Positions 28,867-39,633 of a stretch of DNA of 64,000 bases are shown here, one piece after another. Numbering within the stretch: the stretch's first letter is position 1; each line of letters begins with the position of its first letter. Made by a program: the position numbers and the translations under genes. The DNA comes from a bacterium HR19 (lineage in GTDB: Bacteria; Calescibacteriota; Calescibacteriia; Calescibacteriales; Calescibacteriaceae): positions 196,620-260,619 of the forward strand of contig BEHV01000001.1 of the NCBI GenBank assembly GCA_002898315.1, written 5' to 3'. The notes below the pieces were generated by a model. The model saw only the letters and a list, made by a program, of their open reading frames with translations. It did not search any database and had not been told where the DNA came from.

Positions 28867-30864
28867 ATGAGAGGACCAGAAAAATTTAACGAGTGGAACT
28901 TCTTTGTTCTGTACTTTGATAAAGGAAAACTTCTCCCCGGGATAGTAAAAAACGAAAGTTATGGCAAAATACTTATCATAACAGAGGAAGGAAAAGAAAA
29001 GTTCATAAGCGAATCGCAGATACTTATCAAATCAAAAACCAGAGAAGAAAACCTCTTTGAGAAAATCAAAAAACTGAAAGAAGAGATAGACCTCAAACTC
29101 ATCTGGGAAATAGCACTATCTTCTCCTGATGTCAGAGAAATAGACACAAAAGAGATGGCAAATATAATATTTCAAAAAGCAGATGCAGAGTCAGTATCAG
29201 CAATACTCCTAAAACTATATTCAGAAGAAAATATTTACTTCAAAAAGAAAGGAGAAAAATGGGAAGTCAGAGAAGAGAAAGATGTAGAAAAAATCATGTC
29301 TCAGAGAAAAATAGAAGAAGAAGAAAAAAGAAAAACAGAAGAAGCGAAATCTTGGTTAAGCAAACTACAACCTGAAATAGAAAAGGTATTACAAACTTCA
29401 CTCATCTCTTTTTTCAATTCAGATTTTCCAAAATACGAAGAGAAAATTCCTGATGTAGTAAAAGAAAAGCTGAACGAGATAAAAAACGGTTTCATAAATA
29501 ACGAAATCAAAAGAACAGAAATACTTCCGTATAGCAGAGAAGAAGATATTTTCAAGATTCTGTGTTTTTTCGGAATCATAGACCCGTATGATAATTTTTT
29601 TATTGAGAGGTTCAAGATAAATTACAGACCCCTTGAATTTGAGATTCACCCACTTGAAGAGTTCAAAAAGCAAAAGGAAAAAGGAGAAAGAGAGAAAATA
29701 AAAAATCCATCATATTCAATAGACCTTGAAGGGACAGAAATAAGAGATGACGCTTTCTCAAAAATCACAGAAAATGAAATAATGGTGCATATAGCAGATG
29801 CAACACTTCTTGACAACGAAAAATTTATAAAAGAAGTGATAAAGAGAGGAAAAACAATTTTTTTCCCAGAAGGAAAGGTTGATATGCTACCCCAAAAGGT
29901 GGTAAAAGAGCTTTCTCTGGATTCAAAAAAATTAAAACCCGCATTAACCATCAAAATAAAATTTTCAGCACTTGGAGATAAATTTGAAGTTAAAAATGTT
30001 GAGATTTTCAAATCAGAAGTAGAAATAGAAGAGAATTTTGAATTTTCAAACTGTGATGAGCGAGTATCAGAAATCATTGAGTTTGGGAAAAAACTATATG
30101 AGATAAGGACAGAAAAACTCGGCGGTTTAGACCTTATATCAGATGACTTCGCGATATTTTTAAAAGATAAAAACATAGAAGTGCAAAGATGGAGAGTAAA
30201 CGATTCAAGAATAGCGGTAGCTGAAATATCTATGCTATGCTCACATGCAATAGCTCTCTTTTGCAAAGAAAACAATATTCCTGTTTTCTATCGCAGGTCA
30301 ATACTCCCAGATGAGATAAAATCAAAAATCAAAAATTTCAGAGAACAATCAAAAAACATGAACTTTCCAAGACCTTACGTGCTATGGAAGAACATAAGGG
30401 CAGGAAGAGTGATAGAAACAACAACAACCCCGAGCGGAGCGGAATCAATAGGATACCCACTTTACGCTTGGGGAACATCTCCTCTGCGAAGAAGCTGGGA
30501 TTTCATAAACATAATCCAGATAGGAAGATTTCTTGATAAAAAAGAACTTATGAGAAAAGAACATCTTGATGTAATAAAAGATGAAATAGAAACCACAATA
30601 GGGAAAATAGAAACAGCAGAAGATATGAGATATAGATTTCTACTCTGCGTTTACATAATCAAAAAATTAAAAGGGAAAGTCATTGAAGGGCTCGTAGTGG
30701 AAAGAAAAGATACAGGAAAGGAAAAACAATATGTTTTTTGGATAGATGAGATAGCATCTTTTGTAAAGGGAAATTCAGAAAAGGATTTTGACGAACTTCA
30801 GACCGTAAAACTTATGCTTTCTGCTAATCCTTTGAAACTAAGTATATCAGCAAAACCAATTTAA
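28867..30864 (+). CDS. RNB-domain exoribonuclease (RNase II/R family) with a long Lys/Glu-rich N-terminal region
   Basis: RNB motif I variant IDLEGTEIRDDAF, motif II VHIADAT, and motif IV YAWGTSPLRRSWDFINIIQ. Confidence 0.65.
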   Translation: MRGPEKFNEWNFFVLYFDKGKLLPGIVKNESYGKILIITEEGKEKFISESQILIKSKTREENLFEKIKKLKEEIDLKLIWEIALSSPDVREIDTKEMANIIFQKADAESVSAILLKLYSEENIYFKKKGEKWEVREEKDVEKIMSQRKIEEEEKRKTEEAKSWLSKLQPEIEKVLQTSLISFFNSDFPKYEEKIPDVVKEKLNEIKNGFINNEIKRTEILPYSREEDIFKILCFFGIIDPYDNFFIERFKINYRPLEFEIHPLEEFKKQKEKGEREKIKNPSYSIDLEGTEIRDDAFSKITENEIMVHIADATLLDNEKFIKEVIKRGKTIFFPEGKVDMLPQKVVKELSLDSKKLKPALTIKIKFSALGDKFEVKNVEIFKSEVEIEENFEFSNCDERVSEIIEFGKKLYEIRTEKLGGLDLISDDFAIFLKDKNIEVQRWRVNDSRIAVAEISMLCSHAIALFCKENNIPVFYRRSILPDEIKSKIKNFREQSKNMNFPRPYVLWKNIRAGRVIETTTTPSGAESIGYPLYAWGTSPLRRSWDFINIIQIGRFLDKKELMRKEHLDVIKDEIETTIGKIETAEDMRYRFLLCVYIIKKLKGKVIEGLVVERKDTGKEKQYVFWIDEIASFVKGNSEKDFDELQTVKLMLSANPLKLSISAKPI

Positions 30865-30888
30865 AGGTTAGAAATGAAAAGCGAGAGG

Positions 30889-31794
30889 TTATCTCTTTTC
30901 TCTTGCTCTTGGGTCAAAGAAAGCATAAGCTATTTCTGAAAGAATATTCATTGAAACCAAAATAGTTGTGAAAACAAGCGTTAAAGCCATAACAACAGGA
31001 TAATCTCTATCTACAACAGACAAAACAAAGTATCTTCCCATTCCTGGTATTGCGAAGACCGTTTCAACTATAAAACTGCCGGTTATTAAAAAAGCAAAAA
31101 GCATCCCACCAACGCTGAAAACAGAAGATAAGGAAGCGGAAACAACATGTAGAAGGAATCTGAATCTCCCTATTCCTTTTGCCTTTGCAAATTTCACGAA
31201 GTCCTCTTGGAGCGTCATAAGAGTAGAAGTGCGTGTAAGTTTAGCTATGTAAAGCGCAGGTCCGAAAGATAAAGTCGCCACTGGTAGAATATAGTGCTTC
31301 CAACCTTCCCACAGAGCCGGCGGTAATATCTTCAACCAAACAGAAAAAACCAGAATCAAAAAAGAAGCAAAAACAAACGAAGGGATTGATATCCCGAAAG
31401 AAAAAAGTGATTCAAAAGTTCTGCCGAAACGAAAAGCAGAAAAAACTCCGATAGCAATCCCAAAAAATATAGAAACCAGAAAGGAGATCGCACCTAACTT
31501 AAAAGAAACCGGAAATGTGTCTTTTATTATATCGTTTGCAGTCCTGTGAACGAATTTGTATGACGGTCCCAAATCTCCTCTCAGAACTCCACTCAAATAA
31601 ATCATAAATTGCTCATAAAGAGGTTTATCTAAATGAAATTTTCTCTCTATATTTCTTTTTATCTCCTCGGGGAGCTTTTTTTCTTTATCAAACGGACCAC
31701 CCGGAACTATTCTCAAAAGAAAAAATGTTGCAGTTATCACAAGAAGTATTACCGTAGCTCCCGAAAAAAAGCGTCTGAGTACGAATCCAAACAT
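30889..31794 (-). CDS. ABC transporter permease (OppB/DppB family). Orphan: no OppA/C/D/F adjacent.
   Basis: N-terminal MFGFVLRRF...LLRIVPGGPFD is the typical OppB start, with six TM helices. Confidence 0.75.
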   Translation of the reverse strand: MFGFVLRRFFSGATVILLVITATFFLLRIVPGGPFDKEKKLPEEIKRNIERKFHLDKPLYEQFMIYLSGVLRGDLGPSYKFVHRTANDIIKDTFPVSFKLGAISFLVSIFFGIAIGVFSAFRFGRTFESLFSFGISIPSFVFASFLILVFSVWLKILPPALWEGWKHYILPVATLSFGPALYIAKLTRTSTLMTLQEDFVKFAKAKGIGRFRFLLHVVSASLSSVFSVGGMLFAFLITGSFIVETVFAIPGMGRYFVLSVVDRDYPVVMALTLVFTTILVSMNILSEIAYAFFDPRAREKR

Positions 31795-31851
31795 AATAAA
31801 TTTTAACCAATTAAATTTTTATAATTTAATTTATTTGAAAATGAACTGGAG

Positions 31852-33498
31852 ATGAAAAGAGAAAAAAAAAGAATCTTTGAAAAGCCATCAATCAGGATTG
31901 AAATAGAGAAAGAACATCAAGGAATAAGAGAAGGGAGTAAAGTTGTAAATTTTTTCTTCTTCGTTTTAGCCATCTCCATCTCATCTTTATCATACATCCT
32001 CTCCCAACCAAAATTTAACATGTATTATCTTTCGTTTATATTTTACCTGCCCTTGCATATTCTTTGGAGAGGATATGGTCAAATAAAACAGTTTCTTTTT
32101 GCGGGTTTTATAGCTTACTTTGTGGTTATTCACTGGATAACCCATGCTATAACTCATTATGGTGGTTTCAGTTATGTTTTCTCTCTGCTCCCGCTCTCAC
32201 TTCTCTCGCTCGCGCTTTCAGCTTTTTTTCTTCTCTTCGGATACATAAGGAGTCAGATCAACATAAAGCTCAAAATTCCGTTCTCTCTGGCTGACCCTAT
32301 AATATGGGTATCCACAGAATACATAAAGACATTTTTATTCACCGGCTTTCCGTGGGCGCTTGTGGGATACTCCCTCTGGCAAAAAACTTCTCTCATTCAG
32401 ACCGCTGATATAGGTGGAGTTTATATCGTTTCATTCTTCATAATACTGATACAGGGATTTCTATGCGATACCTATGACAGAATAATCAATAGAATAAATT
32501 CCACAACACTCTTTATCTCATTCATAATAACATTTTTACTCTCTTCTCTTTACCTGACTTATTCCTTCATAAGAAAAACAGAAATTGAAATAAATGTAGC
32601 AAGCGTGAAAGATGAGATACCTGTTGTAGTAGTTCAGCCAAACATACCACAAGATATAAAATGGACTCCCGAACTAAAATCAAATTATCTCCGAAAAAAT
32701 ATAGAACTCACAATATCTGCAATAGATTATCCTCATAAATCTTTGTTTGCAGTATGGCCGGAAACCGCTTTGACATTCATCTTGGATTTAGAAACAGAAC
32801 TTAAAAATGAACTTCTTGATTTTGCCTCAAAAGGTTTTTACATAATAGCAGGAGGAATAGGATATTCAAGAGAAATAAAAGACGAGAAAGTAAAAGAGAT
32901 ATTTTATAACAGAGCGTACTTTATCACTCCACAAAAAGAAATCTATCACTATGATAAAACTCACCTCGTAATATTCGGAGAGTATATACCATTAAGGTCA
33001 GTTATAGAAAAAATACCTTTTGTAAGAAAGATGATAGAAGATGTGGAGAAAGTAGCAGGAGATTTCACTCCGGGAAAAGAAGTAAAGCCACTCGGGAAAG
33101 AAATAAAAGTTGGAGTCCCGATATGTTTTGAATCAATTTTTCCGCAAATTACAAGGAAGATGGTGAAAGATGGAGCAGATTTCATAGCTGTGATAACAAA
33201 CGATGGGTGGTTTGGATACTCCTCAGGTCCGTTTCAGCATTTTTCTGTCTCGGTATTCAGAGCCGTAGAGACAAGGAGGTTTTTGGTGAGAAGTGCGAAC
33301 ACGGGAATATCTGGTGTCTTCTCGCCAACTGGCAAAATCATATATCAGACAAAACTCCTTGAAGAAAAATCTTTCCTCACAAAAATAAAACCTCTTCAAA
33401 TTCAGTCGTTTTATGTCAGGTACGGAGATTTATTCTCAATATCATGCGTTTGCATACTTACTATGCTCTTTATTCTCTCTCTGATAATCAAAAAGTAA
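31852..33498 (+). CDS. lnt: Apolipoprotein N-acyltransferase
   Basis: N-terminal polytopic membrane domain plus a C-terminal nitrilase-like domain carrying the catalytic Cys (PICFESIFP) and ITNDGWFG. Confidence 0.8.
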   Translation: MKREKKRIFEKPSIRIEIEKEHQGIREGSKVVNFFFFVLAISISSLSYILSQPKFNMYYLSFIFYLPLHILWRGYGQIKQFLFAGFIAYFVVIHWITHAITHYGGFSYVFSLLPLSLLSLALSAFFLLFGYIRSQINIKLKIPFSLADPIIWVSTEYIKTFLFTGFPWALVGYSLWQKTSLIQTADIGGVYIVSFFIILIQGFLCDTYDRIINRINSTTLFISFIITFLLSSLYLTYSFIRKTEIEINVASVKDEIPVVVVQPNIPQDIKWTPELKSNYLRKNIELTISAIDYPHKSLFAVWPETALTFILDLETELKNELLDFASKGFYIIAGGIGYSREIKDEKVKEIFYNRAYFITPQKEIYHYDKTHLVIFGEYIPLRSVIEKIPFVRKMIEDVEKVAGDFTPGKEVKPLGKEIKVGVPICFESIFPQITRKMVKDGADFIAVITNDGWFGYSSGPFQHFSVSVFRAVETRRFLVRSANTGISGVFSPTGKIIYQTKLLEEKSFLTKIKPLQIQSFYVRYGDLFSISCVCILTMLFILSLIIKK

Positions 33499-33513
33499 TG
33501 GGAAGAATAAAAA

Positions 33514-34365
33514 TCACTTCACTGTTATGACGAAGACACCTCTTCTGTTCTTACTCCATTTTGATTCATCGTTGCACTGAGGAGGAGGGCATGGGGCTTC
33601 GGGGAATTCTTCTCCAAACGAAACAGTTTGAATTCTATCTTCGGGAATACCCATAAGTTCAACATATCTTTTTATTGCTTGAGCTCTTTTCCATCCAAGT
33701 TCCAAGTTATATTCATTGCTTCCTCTTTCATCACAATGACCTTCTATAAGAACAGATACATTGGGGTTTTCCTCAAGGATTTTTTTCAGAACGCTGACAT
33801 TATACTCAATATCTGCTTTCGCCTTATCTGTGAGCGAGTAAGAATCAAAATCAAAGTATATTTTCCTGAGCTGTTTGAGTATATAACCTCTTCCTAATGT
33901 TGAAGTTCCTTCTATATCATCTGGATTTATTCCTTTGAGGACGGGCAATTCTGGTTTACCATAGGTAAGCTCTTCTTCTTGAATTTCAACTTTTTCTTTT
34001 GGAGCTTGGGCTTCTTCTTTCTTGCGTCTTTCTAATTCTTCTTGCCATCTTTTTATTGCAAGTTCAGCAAACTCTTTTGAAACAATTGCTTTCGTTTTAG
34101 CTTCATCATATTTTTTCTCTTTCACCAGAGATTGAGCATCGTTGTAGTATTTTTCTGCCGTCTTGTATTCTTCAAGTTTATCTGCGCCGATGCTTTTTGC
34201 TCTTTCAAGCGCTTGCTTTGCCGCATCAAGTTCTGCTTGTGGAATCTTTTTCGCACAATTAGATAAAGAAAACGAGAAAATGAACAGAAAAACAAAAAAC
34301 AAAAACCATGATCTTTTTGCAAACGCTACATCTGAAAGAGAAATATCTTTCATTATAACTATCAA
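33514..34365 (-). CDS. pal: OmpA-family / peptidoglycan-associated lipoprotein
   Basis: Lipobox LSNCA. C-terminal OmpA_C domain (FDFDSYSL...EGHCDERGSNEYNLELGWKRA). Adjacent to tolB. Confidence 0.75.
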   Translation of the reverse strand: MIVIMKDISLSDVAFAKRSWFLFFVFLFIFSFSLSNCAKKIPQAELDAAKQALERAKSIGADKLEEYKTAEKYYNDAQSLVKEKKYDEAKTKAIVSKEFAELAIKRWQEELERRKKEEAQAPKEKVEIQEEELTYGKPELPVLKGINPDDIEGTSTLGRGYILKQLRKIYFDFDSYSLTDKAKADIEYNVSVLKKILEENPNVSVLIEGHCDERGSNEYNLELGWKRAQAIKRYVELMGIPEDRIQTVSFGEEFPEAPCPPPQCNDESKWSKNRRGVFVITVK

Positions 34366-34440
34366 TTATAAAAAATCTACACATCTGATGCAAAACAACA
34401 AAAAATTTCAGAAGGAAAACGAGGGACAAAACACTGAAAA

Positions 34441-35604
34441 TTATTTCAAAACACCCATTGTCTCATCTTTCTGAGTATCAAAAATTTTGTTTTTGAAATT
34501 CCCATACTGATCAGTAATATACAGGTCATAATCTCCATCTACATTTGAGGAGAAAATTATGAAGTTGCCGTCAGGTGTCCATGTAGGATTTTCAGCAGAG
34601 CCGAAGTTTGTGATAACAGACCTTTCATCAGAACGATCAAAGTCATAGATGTATATGTTGAACCTATTGCCTTCAAGCTTTGAGAAAACGATTTTTTTAC
34701 CATCAGGAGATATATCAGGAGATGTGTTATAGTTTCCAGAAAGTGGCAGAACCGATTCTCTCCCATTTTTTAAATCCTTTATGAATATCTGTGGCAAACC
34801 AAGACGACCAGAGACAAAAATCAAACTCTTCCCGTCAGGGGTGATCTTTCCCATAACATCGGAATTTCCAGATGTGATTTTTTTGAAGCTCTTTTCTTTC
34901 AGGTTAAGAACATATATGTTAGCTCCCCTTCCGTCATTCCAAGGTATTATGAGATTATCGTTGTCAGAAAAATAAGGACTGAGAAACATTCCGAACTTTA
35001 TAGATGTTGTATAGAGTTTTTTCGTAGATGAATCAGCTATGTATAATGAGTATTCTTTGCCATTAAAATGCACTAATGCAATTTTTGATGCATCAGGTGA
35101 TACAGAGAAAAAAGGAATAAATGACTTTGCTTGAATAAATTTTTCTGCCTTTCCATATAGAAAATCCATAGAGTATATTTCTTTTTTCCCTTCTTTGTTT
35201 GAAAGGAAAAAGAGCTTGCGTCCAAATATATCTACTTTCAGACCTGTTATTTTTGATATTATCTGGTTAGAAAGAGCGGAAGCAATAGCGGTTTGACTTT
35301 CTGATTTTGCTCTCAACACAAAAATAGGGTCTTTACCTTTTCCGAAGAAACCTTTGAGAACAATAGAATCATCTTCTCTGCTCAAAGAAAGTAGAACATC
35401 TGGCGAACTTTCAACAAGCTCAACATAACCTATAACCTTCAAGTTTCTCTTTATGAGATCTGAAATAGAAGAAGTATCTTTTGAGCTTTCAAGTGAGACC
35501 TTGACTGGCTTATACTTTGGAGAAGTAACATCTATTATAAGTTTCTCTTCTTGTTCAAGAGAGATTATTCCAAGCAAAAGAAAAAAAATTTTCAACATAC
35601 TCAT
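34441..35604 (-). CDS. tolB: TolB beta-propeller protein
   Basis: Signal peptide, TolB N-terminal domain and WD-like PD40 repeats (PDGKKIVFS, WTPDGNFIIFSSNVDGDYDLYI). Confidence 0.8.
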   Translation of the reverse strand: MSMLKIFFLLLGIISLEQEEKLIIDVTSPKYKPVKVSLESSKDTSSISDLIKRNLKVIGYVELVESSPDVLLSLSREDDSIVLKGFFGKGKDPIFVLRAKSESQTAIASALSNQIISKITGLKVDIFGRKLFFLSNKEGKKEIYSMDFLYGKAEKFIQAKSFIPFFSVSPDASKIALVHFNGKEYSLYIADSSTKKLYTTSIKFGMFLSPYFSDNDNLIIPWNDGRGANIYVLNLKEKSFKKITSGNSDVMGKITPDGKSLIFVSGRLGLPQIFIKDLKNGRESVLPLSGNYNTSPDISPDGKKIVFSKLEGNRFNIYIYDFDRSDERSVITNFGSAENPTWTPDGNFIIFSSNVDGDYDLYITDQYGNFKNKIFDTQKDETMGVLK

Positions 35605-35738
35605 AAATTTAGTTTAAAAAAGATTTTTTTATTTTCCTGAAAAATGTCAGACGACTTCACAGTTAAAAAGATATTGATAAGGGCAAAAATTATACCATCA
35701 AAAGTAATATCCTTCCAAGAATTTTAAAATTTAAAATC

Positions 35739-36629
35739 ATGAAGGGAGTGATATTAGCAGGTGGTTCAGGAACAAGATTATACCCGATAACATATAGTAT
35801 AAACAAGCATTTTTTGCCGATATACAATAAACCCATGATATACTATCCGCTTTCTGTTCTTATGCTTATGAAAATAAATGAAGTGATATTCGTTGCAAAC
35901 AGAGAAGATATTCCTCTTTTCAAAAAGTTTTTTGGAGATGGCTCAAATCTTGGTATGAAGATAAGTTATACTGTTCAGGAAGAACCTCTTGGACTTGCTC
36001 ACGCTCTTTTATGTGCAGAGGAATTCGCAAAAGGAGACAGCATATGCCTTATTCTCGGAGACAATATATTTTTCGGACACGGGCTTCCCGAAGTTCTCAC
36101 TTCTGCAAAAGAAGAAGTTGAAAAAAACGGTGGTGCTTTTGTCTTCGGATACTATGTAAATGACCCTGAAAGATATGGAGTAATAGAATTTGACTCTTCC
36201 GGAAGAGTGATATCAATAGAAGAAAAACCCAAAAATCCAAAATCAAATTTTGTGGTGGTCGGGCTATACATATACGATAGCACAGTATTTGAAAAGGCAA
36301 AAAGAGTTGAACCATCTTGGAGGGGAGAGATGGAGATAACATCTGTCAATAACCAATACCTTGCGGAAGGTAAGCTCAAAGTGAAGCTTTTGGGTAGAGG
36401 ATTTGCGTGGTTTGATGCCGGAACATACGATAGCTTCCTTGAAGCAGGTGAATTCGTCGCAACAATAGAGAAAAAAACAGGTCTGATGATAGGATGTATT
36501 GAAGAGATATCTTTCAAAAATAAGTGGATTGATAGGAAAAAGCTTGAAGAGATAGCAAAAAAGCTTGAAAAAACCGACTACGGAAAATACTTGTGGAAAA
36601 TTTTAGATGAAAGCGAATCTGAAATTTAA
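35739..36629 (+). CDS. rmlA: Glucose-1-phosphate thymidylyltransferase
   Basis: [18 protein letters not shown]...[15 protein letters not shown]. Confidence 0.85.
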   Translation: MKGVILAGGSGTRLYPITYSINKHFLPIYNKPMIYYPLSVLMLMKINEVIFVANREDIPLFKKFFGDGSNLGMKISYTVQEEPLGLAHALLCAEEFAKGDSICLILGDNIFFGHGLPEVLTSAKEEVEKNGGAFVFGYYVNDPERYGVIEFDSSGRVISIEEKPKNPKSNFVVVGLYIYDSTVFEKAKRVEPSWRGEMEITSVNNQYLAEGKLKVKLLGRGFAWFDAGTYDSFLEAGEFVATIEKKTGLMIGCIEEISFKNKWIDRKKLEEIAKKLEKTDYGKYLWKILDESESEI

Positions 36630-36641
36630 AATCAATTTGAG

Positions 36642-38321
36642 ATGAAAAGTTTGAGAGAATTCACCGATGATATTTTCAAAACAATAAATATTTTCAAGAA
36701 TCAGATACACTATATATTGCTTTCTATACCTTTTTCAATAGTCGTATCATCTTCAAGGGCTTCTCTTGCTCTGCTTGCTCAAAGAACAATAGACAAAGGC
36801 ATTATAGAGAAAAACCAGAAATTAGTTTTCCAAACAGCGGTCGTTATAGTTCTCATATTTATTGCGGTTGGAATATCAAGAGTGATTTCCACATTTTTAA
36901 TTCAAAGCGCAGTTCAGAAAGCGATAAAAAATCTGAGAGAAAAAATAATAAATAGAATTCATCAGACACCTCTGAACAAGCAGAAACACTCAGCAGATGT
37001 AATCTCACGCATATCATCAGACATTGAGGTTTTATCTGCGCTTCCGAAAGTGATTCTCACAATACTCAAAGAACCTCTGAATCTGCTTTTTCTTTCTGCG
37101 ACCTTGATATACCTCAACTGGAAGCTCGCTCTGTTTTCTCTTCTGTCTTTTTCGGTTGTGATTTTTCCCACAAGGTATATAAGCAAGAAGGTAAAAAAAG
37201 CTTCGGCAAAAACAAGGGAATCTGCCGACAAAATCTCACGGCACATAATGGAAGCAATACAAGGAGCAAAAGTCGTAAGAATATACTCAATAGAATCTTT
37301 CGTTGAAGGAGTTAAAAGATACCTTGAAATTTTCAGAAAACAGGAGATAAAGAGCGAAGTTCTTCCGGAAACATCATCTTCAATATCTGAACTTGCAGGA
37401 GCAATCATTGTAGCTTTTGTTCTCATATTCTCATCTTATGACATGATTTCAGGAAAAATAACTTCTGGAACATTTCTGGCTTTCTTCGGAGCAGTGATAG
37501 GTCTATGGGAACCGATAAAAAAACTGACAACAACATTTCCTGAGCTTTTCAGAATCCTACCATCTATATACCGAATCGGAGAACTTGAAAAGCTTCCAAC
37601 AATGAAAAGTGGAGAAATAAAGAAAACAACTTTTGAAAAATATATTGAATTCAGAAAAGTATCTCTGTATTTTGATGAGAAATTAGTATTAGATGGGATT
37701 GACCTCAGAATAGAAAAAGGAGACAGAGTTTGTATATTGGGAAGTTCAGGAGCAGGGAAAACATCTCTTGTTTCTTTGATTCCAAGATTTTTTGACCCCA
37801 CGGAAGGCGAAATAATAATAGATGGAATAAACATAAAAGATATAGATTTGACTTCTTTGAGGTCTCTGATAAGTTTCGTTGAACAGGAGCCATTTATTTT
37901 TGACGATACGATTTATAACAATGTTGCATTTGCAAAACCGAATTCAACAAGAGAAGAGGTTTTAAGAGCTATTGAACTAGCGGAACTTGACCTCTCATCA
38001 TTTCCCAGCGGTCCAAATCATATATGCGGGGAGAACGGAAAAAATCTCTCGGTAGGACAGAAGCACAGAATTTCTATCGCAAGAGCCATACTCAAAAATT
38101 CTCCCATAATCATAATGGATGAACCCACCTCTTCTCTTGACCCAAAATTAGAGCAGGAACTTCTGCGAGCTTTTGAAAACCTCATGCAAGGCAAAACCGT
38201 CGTTATAATTTCGCACAAAATCAGCACAGCAAAATGGGCAAAAAGATTTCTACTTTTAGAAAATGGCAAAATCTACGAGCTTGAACGAGAAAGTATGACA
38301 ACCTTTTTCCTCTCAAATTGA
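36642..38321 (+). CDS. msbA: ABC exporter, fused TMD-NBD (MsbA-like lipid A/LPS flippase family)
   Basis: Six TM helices plus a nucleotide-binding domain with Walker A GSSGAGKTS, signature LSVGQKHRISIARA and Walker B IIIMDEPTSSLD. The 3' end overlaps the convergent truD by ~49 nt. Confidence 0.7.
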   Translation: MKSLREFTDDIFKTINIFKNQIHYILLSIPFSIVVSSSRASLALLAQRTIDKGIIEKNQKLVFQTAVVIVLIFIAVGISRVISTFLIQSAVQKAIKNLREKIINRIHQTPLNKQKHSADVISRISSDIEVLSALPKVILTILKEPLNLLFLSATLIYLNWKLALFSLLSFSVVIFPTRYISKKVKKASAKTRESADKISRHIMEAIQGAKVVRIYSIESFVEGVKRYLEIFRKQEIKSEVLPETSSSISELAGAIIVAFVLIFSSYDMISGKITSGTFLAFFGAVIGLWEPIKKLTTTFPELFRILPSIYRIGELEKLPTMKSGEIKKTTFEKYIEFRKVSLYFDEKLVLDGIDLRIEKGDRVCILGSSGAGKTSLVSLIPRFFDPTEGEIIIDGINIKDIDLTSLRSLISFVEQEPFIFDDTIYNNVAFAKPNSTREEVLRAIELAELDLSSFPSGPNHICGENGKNLSVGQKHRISIARAILKNSPIIIMDEPTSSLDPKLEQELLRAFENLMQGKTVVIISHKISTAKWAKRFLLLENGKIYELERESMTTFFLSN

Positions 38322-39622
38322 TCTTGCTTCCTCTCAACCTTGATCTCCTTTCCATCTTTGGTGTATATCACAGGTATAGGTTTTTTCTCGGTATCTGAAA
38401 CAGGAAGCAAAGGAGTAACGCTTTTGATAATCATCGTAGCAAAAACCCCTTTTTTGAGATAAAAAGACAATTCAATCTTTTTTCTCCTCTCGTGAAATTC
38501 ATCATCGGAGGACTTCCACTCAAGTTTTTCAGGTATCTCCCACATACTTCTCACAGAATTCACAAAATCAATTGAGTTTATTGAAGACCTGAAATCAGAA
38601 AGCGAGACACCCTCATCTTTTAAAACATCATAGTATATCTCTTCTATCTCTGGTGGAATTTCAGCATCTGGATGCGGAAGTGGAATTTTTAAATCCCTTA
38701 TAACAGAAACCTCGGAGTAAGACGGTTTATAAGGAAAAGCAAAAAATCCAGCTACATAGGGAAAGAGATAATATCTTGAAAATCTTTTCTTTATAAATTC
38801 TGCAAGGACTCTGTTGAATATATAATTCTGATAGACCTCAAGGTAGAGCCGTCCCAACCTCGGGTCAATCATCGCAAAGGCACCCTTGAAATCGTTCGGT
38901 CTTCTCAAAAGATACCTCAAAATTTTTATATCATTTTTATCTTGTGCTTCCAGAAGACATTCAGCCCAATTTCCCCATTTTTCTCTCATAACTTTCTTGA
39001 ACTTTTTGACTCTGCTTCTATCGTGCTCTGACACAGCTTGAAAATGTATTTTCAAGGCACCTTCAAAATCACCTTTTAACACCCTCTTGCCGATGAAATC
39101 TAAAAATTCTTCGTTCTTCTCATCTGCAAAGTGCCTTGCGGAACCAAACCTTTGTTCATCAAAGTAATTCGGAAAGCCCAAACTCGCAACCTGCTTTATT
39201 CCCCCCTCGTATTCTCTGAGCTCACCTTCATCAATATCTCTGAGAACTATTCTGAAAAAGTTTCTCATTATGTGTTTTGAACTCAGTTGTTCTCTACTTT
39301 CACCAAAAAAATCAGCTTCAAAATTCTCTGTCCTCACCCTCTCAACTATTTTATTTTTGAAACCCTTTTCACTTACAGCTATGAACTGAACTGATTCCGA
39401 ATACTTATCTTTCAGACCACAAGAAGAAAACATATCTCGTGGAATTTTCAGTATCTTTGACATCTCGTATATTACAGTCAGAGTATCAACATTTTTCTTT
39501 TTAACCTTATAGACAGCGAACATATTTGGTTTCCTTTCAAGAGAGGTCTTTTTTGTGTCTACTACACCATCTTTTAGTATCTCCTCAACGAAAAAATCCT
39601 CAGCTCTGAACTTGACTTTCAT
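38273..39622 (-). CDS. truD: tRNA pseudouridine(13) synthase TruD/Pus7 family
   Basis: AEDFFVEE...GLKDKYSESVQFIAV...GFPNYFDEQRFG match the TruD motifs. Confidence 0.7.
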   Translation of the reverse strand: MKVKFRAEDFFVEEILKDGVVDTKKTSLERKPNMFAVYKVKKKNVDTLTVIYEMSKILKIPRDMFSSCGLKDKYSESVQFIAVSEKGFKNKIVERVRTENFEADFFGESREQLSSKHIMRNFFRIVLRDIDEGELREYEGGIKQVASLGFPNYFDEQRFGSARHFADEKNEEFLDFIGKRVLKGDFEGALKIHFQAVSEHDRSRVKKFKKVMREKWGNWAECLLEAQDKNDIKILRYLLRRPNDFKGAFAMIDPRLGRLYLEVYQNYIFNRVLAEFIKKRFSRYYLFPYVAGFFAFPYKPSYSEVSVIRDLKIPLPHPDAEIPPEIEEIYYDVLKDEGVSLSDFRSSINSIDFVNSVRSMWEIPEKLEWKSSDDEFHERRKKIELSFYLKKGVFATMIIKSVTPLLPVSDTEKKPIPVIYTKDGKEIKVERKQDQFERKKVVILSRSSS

Positions 39623-39633
39623 ATCTTTTAATT

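Noticed and set aside
29646-30275. 209-aa minus-strand ORF within the RNB nuclease gene
   Set aside because: Antisense shadow ORF in a low-complexity K/E-coding region.
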